Shown here piece after piece: positions 17,947 through 27,092 of a stretch of DNA of 62,997 nt (the stretch's first letter is position 1; every line of letters starts with the position of its first letter). The position numbers were made by a program, and so were the translations under genes. A model generated the notes under the pieces. It ran no database searches and was not told the origin of the DNA. It saw only the letters and a program-made list of their open reading frames with translations. Location of the stretch: IMG/VR virus record IMGVR_UViG_3300009149_000034, positions 1 through 62,997 of that record; one strand, written 5' to 3'. The stretch comes from a virus (Duplodnaviria > Caudoviricetes).

Positions 17947-19188
17947 ATGAGCAGACCTAAAAAGGGTGAGGGAGAAGCACAACATTACTGCGAACTCAAC
18001 GACATCCCGAGAGCGTCGGTTAAGCAGATCAAGGATCAGATCAAGCTTTCGATGGATACGCAGCAACACAGAGGCGTCCCCTGCATCGTCGGAGAAGCGG
18101 GAATCGGAAAGTCGCAGATCGTGGCGCAGCTAGCAAAGGCTAGCGGTGCCAAGGTGTACGACATCAGGACTGCTCACTACGGGCTCGTCGGTGCCGGCAT
18201 CCCCAGCACCAAGAACGCACCAGAGGGATTCTTTGACGTGGTGGTCCCGTCAGTATTTCCCAAGCCCGGAGAAAAGAGCATCATGCTCTTCGAGGAGATC
18301 AACCAGGGTCTCCCACACGCTATCTCCATGTTCTTCAGTCTCATCGAGGACAGGCGCATGTTCAACTACGTGCTGCCGGAAGACACGACCGTTATAGCGC
18401 TGATGAACCCGGCCACTGCCCAATACGCAGTGACTGCGGTCGAGAAGAACGCAGCGCTGAAGAGGCGCCTGAAGTGGATCTTCGCGATAGCGAACTTCCG
18501 GGACTGGCTCGAGCATGCCAAAACGCCGGCGTTCCACGATTCCGACAGCGTCGCTTTCCAAGGAGAGCCCAAGCCCTGCCATCCGCAGGTCCTGTCGTAC
18601 GTGCAGATCTTCAACAGCAACCTGTACGACACCAAGGCAAGAGACCAGGGAAAAGTATACGCCTGCCCAGCAACGTGGCAGACGGTCTCCCTGGACATGT
18701 ACATGATGGAGAAGGGTGGATACGACGTCACGTCCCCCTTCGCGCTGAACAGGATCAGCGCGAGCATCGGGAACACCATGGGCATCCACTACCTGGAGTT
18801 CGTGAAGGATCACAGCACCGCAGTGCGTGCCGACGACGTAATCGAGGATTACACCAAGAGAGCCAAGAAGGCCGTGATCAGCCTTCTCGAGAGTTCACAA
18901 CACGAGAAGATCAACGAGCTCAACGTTAACGTTCTCCGGTATATGTTTGGTGTACAGCCCAAGGCGAAGAAGGCGGCGCACAACCTGGTGGAGTATCTCC
19001 TGGATCTCCCGAACGAGATGCGGTCTAGCGTCCTCAATCAGCTGCGCACGGTCTCGGATGAGAACGATGCGAACGACTACCTCTTCGACATCGTGCGAAA
19101 CTTGCAGCGCCACAAGAACTGGGTAGACGTCCACACACAGTTGGACGAGACCCAGACGCTGGTAGAGAAGGCGCTCGAAGAGGTCTAA
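17947..19188 (+). CDS. MoxR-like AAA+ ATPase
   Basis: Walker A GEAGIGKS, Walker B LFEEIN, ALMNP sensor, ALKRR arginine finger; start at ATG 17947 after AGGAGG. Confidence 0.85.
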   Translation: MSRPKKGEGEAQHYCELNDIPRASVKQIKDQIKLSMDTQQHRGVPCIVGEAGIGKSQIVAQLAKASGAKVYDIRTAHYGLVGAGIPSTKNAPEGFFDVVVPSVFPKPGEKSIMLFEEINQGLPHAISMFFSLIEDRRMFNYVLPEDTTVIALMNPATAQYAVTAVEKNAALKRRLKWIFAIANFRDWLEHAKTPAFHDSDSVAFQGEPKPCHPQVLSYVQIFNSNLYDTKARDQGKVYACPATWQTVSLDMYMMEKGGYDVTSPFALNRISASIGNTMGIHYLEFVKDHSTAVRADDVIEDYTKRAKKAVISLLESSQHEKINELNVNVLRYMFGVQPKAKKAAHNLVEYLLDLPNEMRSSVLNQLRTVSDENDANDYLFDIVRNLQRHKNWVDVHTQLDETQTLVEKALEEV

Positions 19189-19931
19189 ACCCCACGGAGC
19201 TTCATTACGGTGAGGCCTAAAACCTTAGCTTGTTCTTCCAAGAACAATCTACAGCTCGCTAACTTGGACAACTGGACTCCTAGGCGGTCCTCTGGAAACT
19301 CTGTGTTCTGGAGGACCGTCTTGTCCAGTTGCTTCCAAGCATAGCGTGTTTCACGCTGTAAATTTTTGGCGTCGGAGGATATTATATTGTCCAATACCCC
19401 TTGGCTGAAGTCTAACTCTTCAGGCGCTACAGCCCACCCCGCTCTCTTTAGAACCGTAGCTACGAACATCTGAACGTCGTCATCGAAATCAGGTACATCA
19501 TCGCCATAAGGATCTTGCCCTCGGATTACCGCGGCTTCTATAACTGCCCACGCCATGTGATACACGGAAGGTTCCTGCAAACACTCTGGATTAAAGGGCA
19601 TCCCGTTTAAAGCCTGCACAGTATTCTGGAATACTAGGTTATCCCAGTAGAAAGCTAAATTAGATTGTAAGGTTAAGGCCGCTTCTAGCTTATTTCTGGC
19701 CTCACTATCTAAGTCAATATCGTCCTGCTCTAGGGTTAACCAAAAAGTCTCAGGCTCCCAGTCTTGAATTTGAATACCGTAGAGAGTACGTACCGATGCG
19801 TAGATAGCAGACGCAGGGCAGTCTTCAGGGAGATCCTTCAACAGACTTCTGGCTTCATCCTTATTTTCACCAGAAAGATCAACTGTGAGTTTCACAGTAA
19901 GTTCAGCTAGTTTCTCAAATTCAGGGCGCAT
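19185..19931 (-). CDS. hypothetical protein, likely head/packaging module
   Basis: 248 aa ORF co-directional with the terminase; no recognisable motif. Confidence 0.7.
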   Translation of the reverse strand: MRPEFEKLAELTVKLTVDLSGENKDEARSLLKDLPEDCPASAIYASVRTLYGIQIQDWEPETFWLTLEQDDIDLDSEARNKLEAALTLQSNLAFYWDNLVFQNTVQALNGMPFNPECLQEPSVYHMAWAVIEAAVIRGQDPYGDDVPDFDDDVQMFVATVLKRAGWAVAPEELDFSQGVLDNIISSDAKNLQRETRYAWKQLDKTVLQNTEFPEDRLGVQLSKLASCRLFLEEQAKVLGLTVMKLRGV

Positions 19932-19934
19932 GCG

Positions 19935-20939
19935 TTACCGGTAAGCGGCCAGTTGTTTTTGCGCTATAGCCATCAAGTCAGCAGGTAAGGTGGGGAGTAA
20001 CTGATAGAGAGCCTCAGGATTAACTGTCTGTCCATCAGTGGATATTTCAGCCGCTATATCATCCCCCAGTAGGTCCTTCCAAAAATCTAGGGGTAACGCA
20101 GCGAGCTTCGACTTATCCATCATGAAGTCAGCCCCCAGAGACACCTGATCTTCCGCTATCTTTTCCGTGTTGAAAACAGTCAACATAGGGTCAGGTAACT
20201 TCGTGCCGTAGTACTTATCAATACCCGCCTCTTTGTCTAGCCCGTGTATTGTGCTAGCTAACTTGATCTGTAACTGGCGATCATTCCACATAGCAGCTTT
20301 TCCAGCGAACTCCTGTGCTATTTTACTGAATGCCCTACCAATAGGAGTGTCCCCACTAGCTGCAGAACGAGCATCCATGTAGTCCTTCAACGTACGGGTG
20401 CTAGTAACTGTAAATCCGGCCAATTTATAGGTAGAAGGAGATAACGTAACGTCATGCCGTTTAGCCGCTACACCCAATCGAGAGAAGGTTTGCGCCCTAT
20501 CTTCAATTGTGAGCTCGGCGTACTTATGGCGTAATGCAGTCTCTGCATACTTAACATCATCCGCAGATGCCACACGGTATCTACTTTTCTCAGGTAGGAG
20601 CCAGTACTCCTCTGACGCGGTCTTCTCCGTAGGAGATTCAACGTAAATATCTTTCTCTATCCCATAAAGTTCCGCAGCCTTATTTAGTTCTGCATCTACA
20701 GTAGCAGGAACGTTAGAAGCCAGCTTACGATACGCAATGGATAACGCAGCATGTTCTTTATTATGCACAGGAAATTTACGTTGTGCCGGCCATGCAAATG
20801 CAGAATCAGCTAACTTCTCAAATTCATCCTCGGCAATGTTCGCTGTCTTAGAGAATTCTTTAAGCGTGGGAAACTTGTCCGTAAGAACACGGAGGCGCGA
20901 GTACCCAGGGTCATTGGTTTGGTCGATCACTGTGGTCAT
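19935..20939 (-). CDS. hypothetical protein, possibly head assembly
   Basis: 334 aa; DSAFAWPAQRKFPVHNKEHA with a degenerate second copy; several EKTA/KLA motifs. Confidence 0.7.
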   Translation of the reverse strand: MTTVIDQTNDPGYSRLRVLTDKFPTLKEFSKTANIAEDEFEKLADSAFAWPAQRKFPVHNKEHAALSIAYRKLASNVPATVDAELNKAAELYGIEKDIYVESPTEKTASEEYWLLPEKSRYRVASADDVKYAETALRHKYAELTIEDRAQTFSRLGVAAKRHDVTLSPSTYKLAGFTVTSTRTLKDYMDARSAASGDTPIGRAFSKIAQEFAGKAAMWNDRQLQIKLASTIHGLDKEAGIDKYYGTKLPDPMLTVFNTEKIAEDQVSLGADFMMDKSKLAALPLDFWKDLLGDDIAAEISTDGQTVNPEALYQLLPTLPADLMAIAQKQLAAYR

Positions 20940-21007
20940 AGTGTACCTCGTCAGTTACCTAAACAAGGGGTGTGTTACATACCCGCCAAATTATAGGAGG
21001 TAGTGTA

Positions 21008-22414
21008 GTGGAAAACAAGGAAAACCCTTCGGTGAAAGAAATACGAGATGAGTCTTACAAAGCCATGGGCGCCGTCATGCAATGGCTCAGCAGCCCCCGT
21101 GGCGGAGACAACTTCTACGGACGGATCATGAATGGGTGCGGCAGAACGCCCAAGGAGGGGGTAAAAACAGCGTGTGTGACTCTTACCTCGGAGGGAAAGT
21201 ATCTCCTCCTCTGGGATCCAGCATGGTTCGTTAGCCGTAAGATGCCAGACCGCATCCTGACGGTGATCCATGAAGCGGGGCACATCGTCCTACAACATCT
21301 GGAAAGAGCCCTACGTCTGCGGCTCTCCGTACGAGAACCAGAAGTGTTCCAACGGCTCCTACCCATCTTTAATATCGCTGCTGACATGGCGTCAAACGAT
21401 ATTGCTCTCAGGCCCTTCGTAGATTCCGGAGTCTTCAAGAACTACAAGGACGGGTTTCTCTTCCCGGAGAACCCACAATACGATTTTCCAGAGAATCAGA
21501 CGTTCGAGAAGTACCTGGAACTCCTCATTCAGAAGGCTAAGTCCGAGGGGTACAACCCCAAAACAGGTGAGGGCGCTGTACCCCAATGGATGGAAGGGAT
21601 GCAGGGACACCTGCCCTGGTGGAATGAACTCGACTCAATGACAGAGGATGAGATCGAGAACATGCACCAGAGAGCGAAGAGGGAATCGAAGAAGATCGTT
21701 AAGAAGGCTGTCGAGCAGACAAAGAAAGACCGCGGAACAATGCCTTCAGGTCTGGAGGGTCTGATCGAAGGAATGCTCGAGGAACCTCAGGTTCCCTGGA
21801 CAGTGATGCTCCAGAACCTGATGAAGGGGAGCATTACCTCCAAGCTGGACGAGAGCACCGCGTGGCCTAACATCGGACTGCTCACGGAAGAGGCGATGGC
21901 GCAGGGGATGGAGCCTTATCCGGGTTTCCAGAAAAAGCCAGGTATCCACGTGACCGTGGCTATCGACACTTCTGGAAGTGTTTCGGACGAGAACTTCAAG
22001 AAGTTCATGGGTGAGATCCAAGGAATTATGAGCAGCGAACAGGCTGTGAGCGTGCACGTACTCATGTTTGATGCCGCTATCCAACATGAGTTCATCCTCA
22101 AGGAGGACTCCAATATCGATAACCAGCATCGTTATCGGTATGGGTACGGAGGAACATCCTTTACACCAGCACTCCGGCATATACTGGGAGTGGATGATGA
22201 CCAGAACTGGGAAGAAAACGCAGAACGTCTGAAAGAGCCCGCCCCTCGCCCAGACATGGTTGTCATGTTCACGGATGGTTACGCACCTGTAACCGAGGAA
22301 GAGGGCGGACCTATGCCCAAGTATGAACCCCCATGCCCACTAATGTGGGTGATCACCGAAGACGGTACTGTTCATCCAGGCATGGGCAGTAGGGTCGTCA
22401 AGATGGAGTACTAG
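21008..22414 (+). CDS. HExxH metallopeptidase-like plus VWA domain protein (MoxR partner)
   Basis: IHEAGH..LQH, FNIAAD...N; MIDAS motif AIDTSGSV, GGTSF, FTDGY; GTG start 7 nt after AGGAGG. Confidence 0.88.
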   Translation: MENKENPSVKEIRDESYKAMGAVMQWLSSPRGGDNFYGRIMNGCGRTPKEGVKTACVTLTSEGKYLLLWDPAWFVSRKMPDRILTVIHEAGHIVLQHLERALRLRLSVREPEVFQRLLPIFNIAADMASNDIALRPFVDSGVFKNYKDGFLFPENPQYDFPENQTFEKYLELLIQKAKSEGYNPKTGEGAVPQWMEGMQGHLPWWNELDSMTEDEIENMHQRAKRESKKIVKKAVEQTKKDRGTMPSGLEGLIEGMLEEPQVPWTVMLQNLMKGSITSKLDESTAWPNIGLLTEEAMAQGMEPYPGFQKKPGIHVTVAIDTSGSVSDENFKKFMGEIQGIMSSEQAVSVHVLMFDAAIQHEFILKEDSNIDNQHRYRYGYGGTSFTPALRHILGVDDDQNWEENAERLKEPAPRPDMVVMFTDGYAPVTEEEGGPMPKYEPPCPLMWVITEDGTVHPGMGSRVVKMEY

Positions 22415-22417
22415 CCC

Positions 22418-23029
22418 ATGAAGATCTACCGACTTAAACTGCGTCAGAGGCGTCTGGATAATACTCGGAAGCATGCTTTCCACTACTTCCCATTCGACAA
22501 TGTCTACTTCGTTCCGACGAACCAAGTATCGATTAGTCGGCGCCTATTCAGGTACTGCCTAATAATCGATGTTGATCCGACGTTACGGAGTGCCATTAAA
22601 GATGTGTCAGTACAGAAGCACCGAGTGTTAGAGATCCCTCGTAGAGACAACATCGCATGGACAGACACCGATAAGGACGAAGACGTTACAGAATTCCTGA
22701 ATAAGGGAGACTGGACTATGCTGGTACCTACATACGCCCGTGTAGACAAGCATACGAACACAGCTAAGCTAAGTTACGTCTTGTCCGACGCAGTTAAGGG
22801 TATGCACAATCTGACCGCGCACCTTCCAGGTGTTAAGATCCAAACACCTAAACGTACAGTGCCTGCAATTTGTGCCCTGTGTGCACAAGCAGCGAACTAC
22901 TACGCTAACAAGTGTTCACCTGGAAGGCGCGTGTGTGCCAATAACATAGCACTATCTAGCGATGCGCTAGACCTACAAACCATCGTTGACATTGAAGAGT
23001 CTATCCGTGGTGCAGGAGAAGTAAAATGA
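22418..23029 (+). CDS. hypothetical protein with C-terminal 4-Cys motif, directly upstream of the RT
   Basis: 3-nt gap after the VWA gene, ATGA overlap with the RT; CALC-x10-C-x6-C. Confidence 0.75.
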   Translation: MKIYRLKLRQRRLDNTRKHAFHYFPFDNVYFVPTNQVSISRRLFRYCLIIDVDPTLRSAIKDVSVQKHRVLEIPRRDNIAWTDTDKDEDVTEFLNKGDWTMLVPTYARVDKHTNTAKLSYVLSDAVKGMHNLTAHLPGVKIQTPKRTVPAICALCAQAANYYANKCSPGRRVCANNIALSSDALDLQTIVDIEESIRGAGEVK

Positions 23030-24207
23030 CTAATGGATACGAGGATACACGACTAGAGGAAATACACGTAAATACCAAGTTAGATCCTTTGATCATTGAT
23101 GACTTCTCCTTAGCCTTCTTCCTAGGCTTCCGGAATAAAACCTTGTGGCATGCGCTCTACGCAAATACCGGCAACATGTATAAGGTGTTCAAGATACCCA
23201 AGAAAACTGGGGGATACCGGATGATCCATGCGCCGGAGCCGCTGATGAAGCACTTATTGGACAGAGTACATGTACGTTTACTGATGCCCCTACAGGAAAA
23301 GTTAGGGGACCACGTCACCGCATACCGTGAAGGTAAATCCATAACGGATGCGGTGGCGTACCATATTCCTAAGTGCAAAATTTGCGATTCAGCTCCTCCA
23401 GACAAGACACCCAAGAAGCATGACTGCCCTAAACGTGGTGTCTACATACACATGGATCTCAAGAACTTCTTCTCTAACACCCGTCGAGCCTGGGTTCGTA
23501 ACTACTTCATGCACAAAGGATATAGCTTTTACGTTAGCGGGCTAATTGCGCAGCTTGTTACTGTCGACGACATCCCTAACCCTAGGTACCCCAATGCGGT
23601 AGGACACCAGAAAGACAAATTACGAGAATTCTTTACAGGTGTACCGCAAGGAGGACCCACGTCAGGGGCGATATGCAACTTGGTTGCAGACTATAGGATG
23701 GATAAACCCATACTAGAGTACATACGGGAACTAAACAAACGACATGGGTTAAACGGTGAAAGGTCCTGGAGGTATTCTCGTTACGCAGATGATATGACAT
23801 TCACCTGCGGAATAGATCTTACGAGAGAAGAGAAGACCCAAATAACTAAAGAGATCCAAAAGGTCGTCGAAAAGTCGGGCTACCGCATAAATGAAAAGAA
23901 GACGCGTATCTCTAACTCGTACTACCGTAAAACGATGTTAGGTGTAGTATTTAATCAAAAGCCTAATATACCAAAAGAGAAGTACATGCGTATGCGCGCC
24001 ATCATCCACAACTGTGTAACTCAAGGAATCAAAAGTCAGGTTAATAGAGTACACAGGAAAGACGCAGATGACCTAGTCCTCTACCTTAGAGGAATGGTTA
24101 GCTACTACTCACAAGTCCACCCTAAGAAGGCAGCAAAGCTTAAAGAGGAACTCGATGTGGCAATAGCTAATCACCTAAAGGAGGAAGGAGCGCAAGCTGC
24201 ATGTTAA
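23026..24207 (+). CDS. retron-type reverse transcriptase
   Basis: YKVFKIPKKTGGYRMIHAP, AYREGKSI.DAVAYH (NAxxH-like), DLKNFF, PQGGPTS...NL, YSRYADDMTF (YADD at 23782-23793), GYRINEKKT, MLGVVFN at the VTG position, thumb RAIIHN...LRGMVSY. Confidence 0.93.
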   Translation: MTNGYEDTRLEEIHVNTKLDPLIIDDFSLAFFLGFRNKTLWHALYANTGNMYKVFKIPKKTGGYRMIHAPEPLMKHLLDRVHVRLLMPLQEKLGDHVTAYREGKSITDAVAYHIPKCKICDSAPPDKTPKKHDCPKRGVYIHMDLKNFFSNTRRAWVRNYFMHKGYSFYVSGLIAQLVTVDDIPNPRYPNAVGHQKDKLREFFTGVPQGGPTSGAICNLVADYRMDKPILEYIRELNKRHGLNGERSWRYSRYADDMTFTCGIDLTREEKTQITKEIQKVVEKSGYRINEKKTRISNSYYRKTMLGVVFNQKPNIPKEKYMRMRAIIHNCVTQGIKSQVNRVHRKDADDLVLYLRGMVSYYSQVHPKKAAKLKEELDVAIANHLKEEGAQAAC

Positions 24208-25607
24208 AAAAAGAGGCTTACTACGAGGGACCTATATTTACACTAGCCCGTTCTAATGCAGAGGACCGTCCTGAGTTACTTTTCATCAATACTACACGTA
24301 ACGAAGATTTCAATGAAGAGGATATAGAGACTATTGCGGAGAGTTCCCTAGTAAAAAAATTACTGGGGGACTCTTTTATATTAGTACTAGCGCCACAACG
24401 AAAATGGAATCAACGTTATCGGTGGAATAGTGACCCCAAGGAACACGACTTAAAATTGAATGTACTGCATGTTACACCTGACGTTAGTAACTTACTAATT
24501 AATAGATTAGATGAACCTTATCTGCGAAATGCGAAGGTATGGTTACGGAAGTCAGATGGTACCTTAAAAGCTTATGTGCCAAATGATGTTCATAATTATT
24601 GTCCCTCTCCTGCAAAATACGTAATGTCCTGTGAAGACTGTATGAGGAAAGGTGAGTTTACTGCTTGTGAATTTAGCAAGTTTGCCTCGTACATATCCGA
24701 GGACTTTAGCGGTATGGATAACTTCGATGCTATTAGATCTAAGCTTATACACCGTAAAACTAAAGTAGGTCCGTACTTATTCGTAAGTGCTTCCATGACA
24801 CATCCAGGTATAGAACCGTACTTACGACCCGCACGTGAGCATTACTTTGAAGTCGTAGAATCTGTCGCAGATATCCGTCGAAAAGCTAACTTAGAAAGGA
24901 CCAGATTCAACAAATTTAAGAAAGCAGAGTGTGCCAATTGTATGCTGCATAATACTTGCCATACACGTTTGTATGATGATTACTTTATACGATACTGTAG
25001 TGGAAAGTATGAAGGCGACGAAAAGACAATAGCCTCCAGGATGGTTGATAAAGTTACGATCCCTTATACACCTACACAACTACGTTATCTCACTCTAAAT
25101 TCTGGGATATTAAATAAGCGTGTGAATAGGTGTAAGTACACGGCGACGTTCAAACTGTTTGAAGGACCCTATTATGATACTACGGATGGAACTACAACGT
25201 CGCGTCCTACGTTACTATTCGGTATACATAGAACTCTGCTCCCCGGCCAGTGCTCATTCATGCCTATAAGAGACTTCGATGATGCCGTGAGACTACTTAA
25301 TGGTAAAAAAGACTATGTGATACCTAAGGATCGAAAGTACTTTAACACCGTTCAAACTGCTACTCTTCTACAGTTGTGTCATCAGCAATACTCAGTAGCT
25401 CGAGGAGGATGGGGCTGTACGTCCTACCCGAGAGCGTTTACAACCTACGACAGACTCTATGACTGTTTCAAGAGTTACCACTACTATCCGCATAGCTCCA
25501 TAACAGCCAATTGGACAACGGTAGCAGCAAAAAATCTAAAAGATGTTTACATAGAATACAAGCGTTTCATGCTAGAGGAGAAATCAGTATCACCGTTGAG
25601 ACGATAA
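24201..25607 (+). CDS. Cys-rich hypothetical protein directly downstream of the RT
   Basis: Overlaps the RT stop by 7 nt; C...CEDC...C and CANC-x5-C-x12-C clusters. Confidence 0.75.
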   Translation: MLKKEAYYEGPIFTLARSNAEDRPELLFINTTRNEDFNEEDIETIAESSLVKKLLGDSFILVLAPQRKWNQRYRWNSDPKEHDLKLNVLHVTPDVSNLLINRLDEPYLRNAKVWLRKSDGTLKAYVPNDVHNYCPSPAKYVMSCEDCMRKGEFTACEFSKFASYISEDFSGMDNFDAIRSKLIHRKTKVGPYLFVSASMTHPGIEPYLRPAREHYFEVVESVADIRRKANLERTRFNKFKKAECANCMLHNTCHTRLYDDYFIRYCSGKYEGDEKTIASRMVDKVTIPYTPTQLRYLTLNSGILNKRVNRCKYTATFKLFEGPYYDTTDGTTTSRPTLLFGIHRTLLPGQCSFMPIRDFDDAVRLLNGKKDYVIPKDRKYFNTVQTATLLQLCHQQYSVARGGWGCTSYPRAFTTYDRLYDCFKSYHYYPHSSITANWTTVAAKNLKDVYIEYKRFMLEEKSVSPLRR

Positions 25608-25608
25608 T

Positions 25609-26715
25609 TTAAACAGAATTAGGGTCAAAGTCAGAACAAACACTACTAACCGCAGCTAGAGCCTCGCTCTCAGCTGTTTGGGCAGAGGCTAACGTAGCCT
25701 CTGCCTCTATTTTGGTTTCAACCGATGCGGCTAGTGCGGCGTTCTTTTGATTCAACTTATTAACAGACGCAGCATACTCACTGTTAGCCCAACCACAATA
25801 ACTCGTAACTAGCGAAGATAGATTTGATTCATATGTCTCGACGTTTTGACGAGGTAAAACAGCGGGATCAAATGTACCAAGTAAATACCCTCCAGGACCG
25901 TACATCGCTATAAGGGCATCGCGCATAGCACCACGCGCTGCCAGATCAGAACCTGTAGAAGGGGCAGTAGGCCATCGACTAGTGTCACCAGCAGATGTGC
26001 ACCAAGCGTCATAAGCCACGATCATACCACCGGACAAAATAGGATCTACATTAGTACGTAACCCTGTAGCTCCGATTACATACGTATGGAAGAAATTATT
26101 CACAGCTGGCTGATACGTAGTCCAATTACTCGTAAATTGAGTACAGTAGTTAACTGCCTCTTCCATTAAGTCTACGAGAGATTGCGCGTCAGAAGCAGCA
26201 CTCTGTGCCGCGGTTACGGCAGCTTCCGCTGCGGTTAACTCCACCTCGGCTAACTGACGTGCTGAGCGTGCTGAAGTAAAGTCGTCTTCTAGTTGCTGCA
26301 CGAAAGCAGGAGATACGGATGGGTGTGAAGACATCGAATCAACAGCGTAGAAGCTAGTCTTATACAGATACCAATCACTACTAAGAGTATCTACTTTAGA
26401 GTAGATAGCGTCCTTAGCTAGCACCGCATCTGTCAACTTATCAAAGTTTACCGAAAACTCTGCGTCTAAATAATACGTATCACCAGCCGCAATAGCAGCA
26501 GCACGACTGACTGCCAAGGTCTGAAGATCCCGAGGGGTCCCAACACGGGTGAATGTGTCTAAGGCTACATCCGCAGGATCCGCGATTGTAAATACAAAGA
26601 TCTGATATTGGGGTAATTCCCCTGGGGAAGTTACAACCGTTCTTATACGGTATGGGCGAGTACCATCAGGTAGTGTAATCTGCTGTCTATCCTGTTCCAA
26701 CGCAGTGTATTCCAT
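25609..26715 (-). CDS. hypothetical virion protein with coiled-coil segments
   Basis: Ala-rich heptad segments; N-terminus resembles the next two genes. Confidence 0.7.
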   Translation of the reverse strand: MEYTALEQDRQQITLPDGTRPYRIRTVVTSPGELPQYQIFVFTIADPADVALDTFTRVGTPRDLQTLAVSRAAAIAAGDTYYLDAEFSVNFDKLTDAVLAKDAIYSKVDTLSSDWYLYKTSFYAVDSMSSHPSVSPAFVQQLEDDFTSARSARQLAEVELTAAEAAVTAAQSAASDAQSLVDLMEEAVNYCTQFTSNWTTYQPAVNNFFHTYVIGATGLRTNVDPILSGGMIVAYDAWCTSAGDTSRWPTAPSTGSDLAARGAMRDALIAMYGPGGYLLGTFDPAVLPRQNVETYESNLSSLVTSYCGWANSEYAASVNKLNQKNAALAASVETKIEAEATLASAQTAESEALAAVSSVCSDFDPNSV

Positions 26716-26717
26716 GA

Positions 26718-27092
26718 TTAACCCTCTATATACGTGTAGTCAAACACACCAGGAAACTCCCCGGTAGCTTCACTGTACGCCCTTGCTAACCCTTCAGTAC
26801 GTGACCGGGTGTAGACTGCAAATTCCAACGCGGTCTCTATAGAAGGATACTCACGATAAGCCTCATCCGATAGGTAGTAGGGAGAACCAATCACAATCGC
26901 TTCCTCTTTACTAGCGGGAGTATTATCTATATGCCACACGGTAGCTACGTGTTCAAAGTAATCCGTCTCAGTATTCATAACGAATATTTCCCGTTCGATC
27001 CCTATACTACGAGTTACCTTGTTAGTTACTCGATACATGGGAACACCAGGTATGACTTCCTGCGTTTGTCTCAACTCAATCGTGATACTCAT
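26718..27092 (-). CDS. hypothetical virion protein, single-domain paralog
   Basis: YRV...IFV...FEHVAT...YYL pattern shared with its neighbours. Confidence 0.7.
   Translation of the reverse strand: MSITIELRQTQEVIPGVPMYRVTNKVTRSIGIEREIFVMNTETDYFEHVATVWHIDNTPASKEEAIVIGSPYYLSDEAYREYPSIETALEFAVYTRSRTEGLARAYSEATGEFPGVFDYTYIEG

Noticed and set aside
18146-22180. Many alternative-frame and antisense ORFs over the AAA and VWA genes
   Set aside because: Expected by-product of C/G-ending codon bias; no RBS or motifs.
23026-24207. Group II intron
   Set aside because: No maturase X or endonuclease domain, no flanking non-coding intron RNA, and both neighbours overlap the RT ORF.
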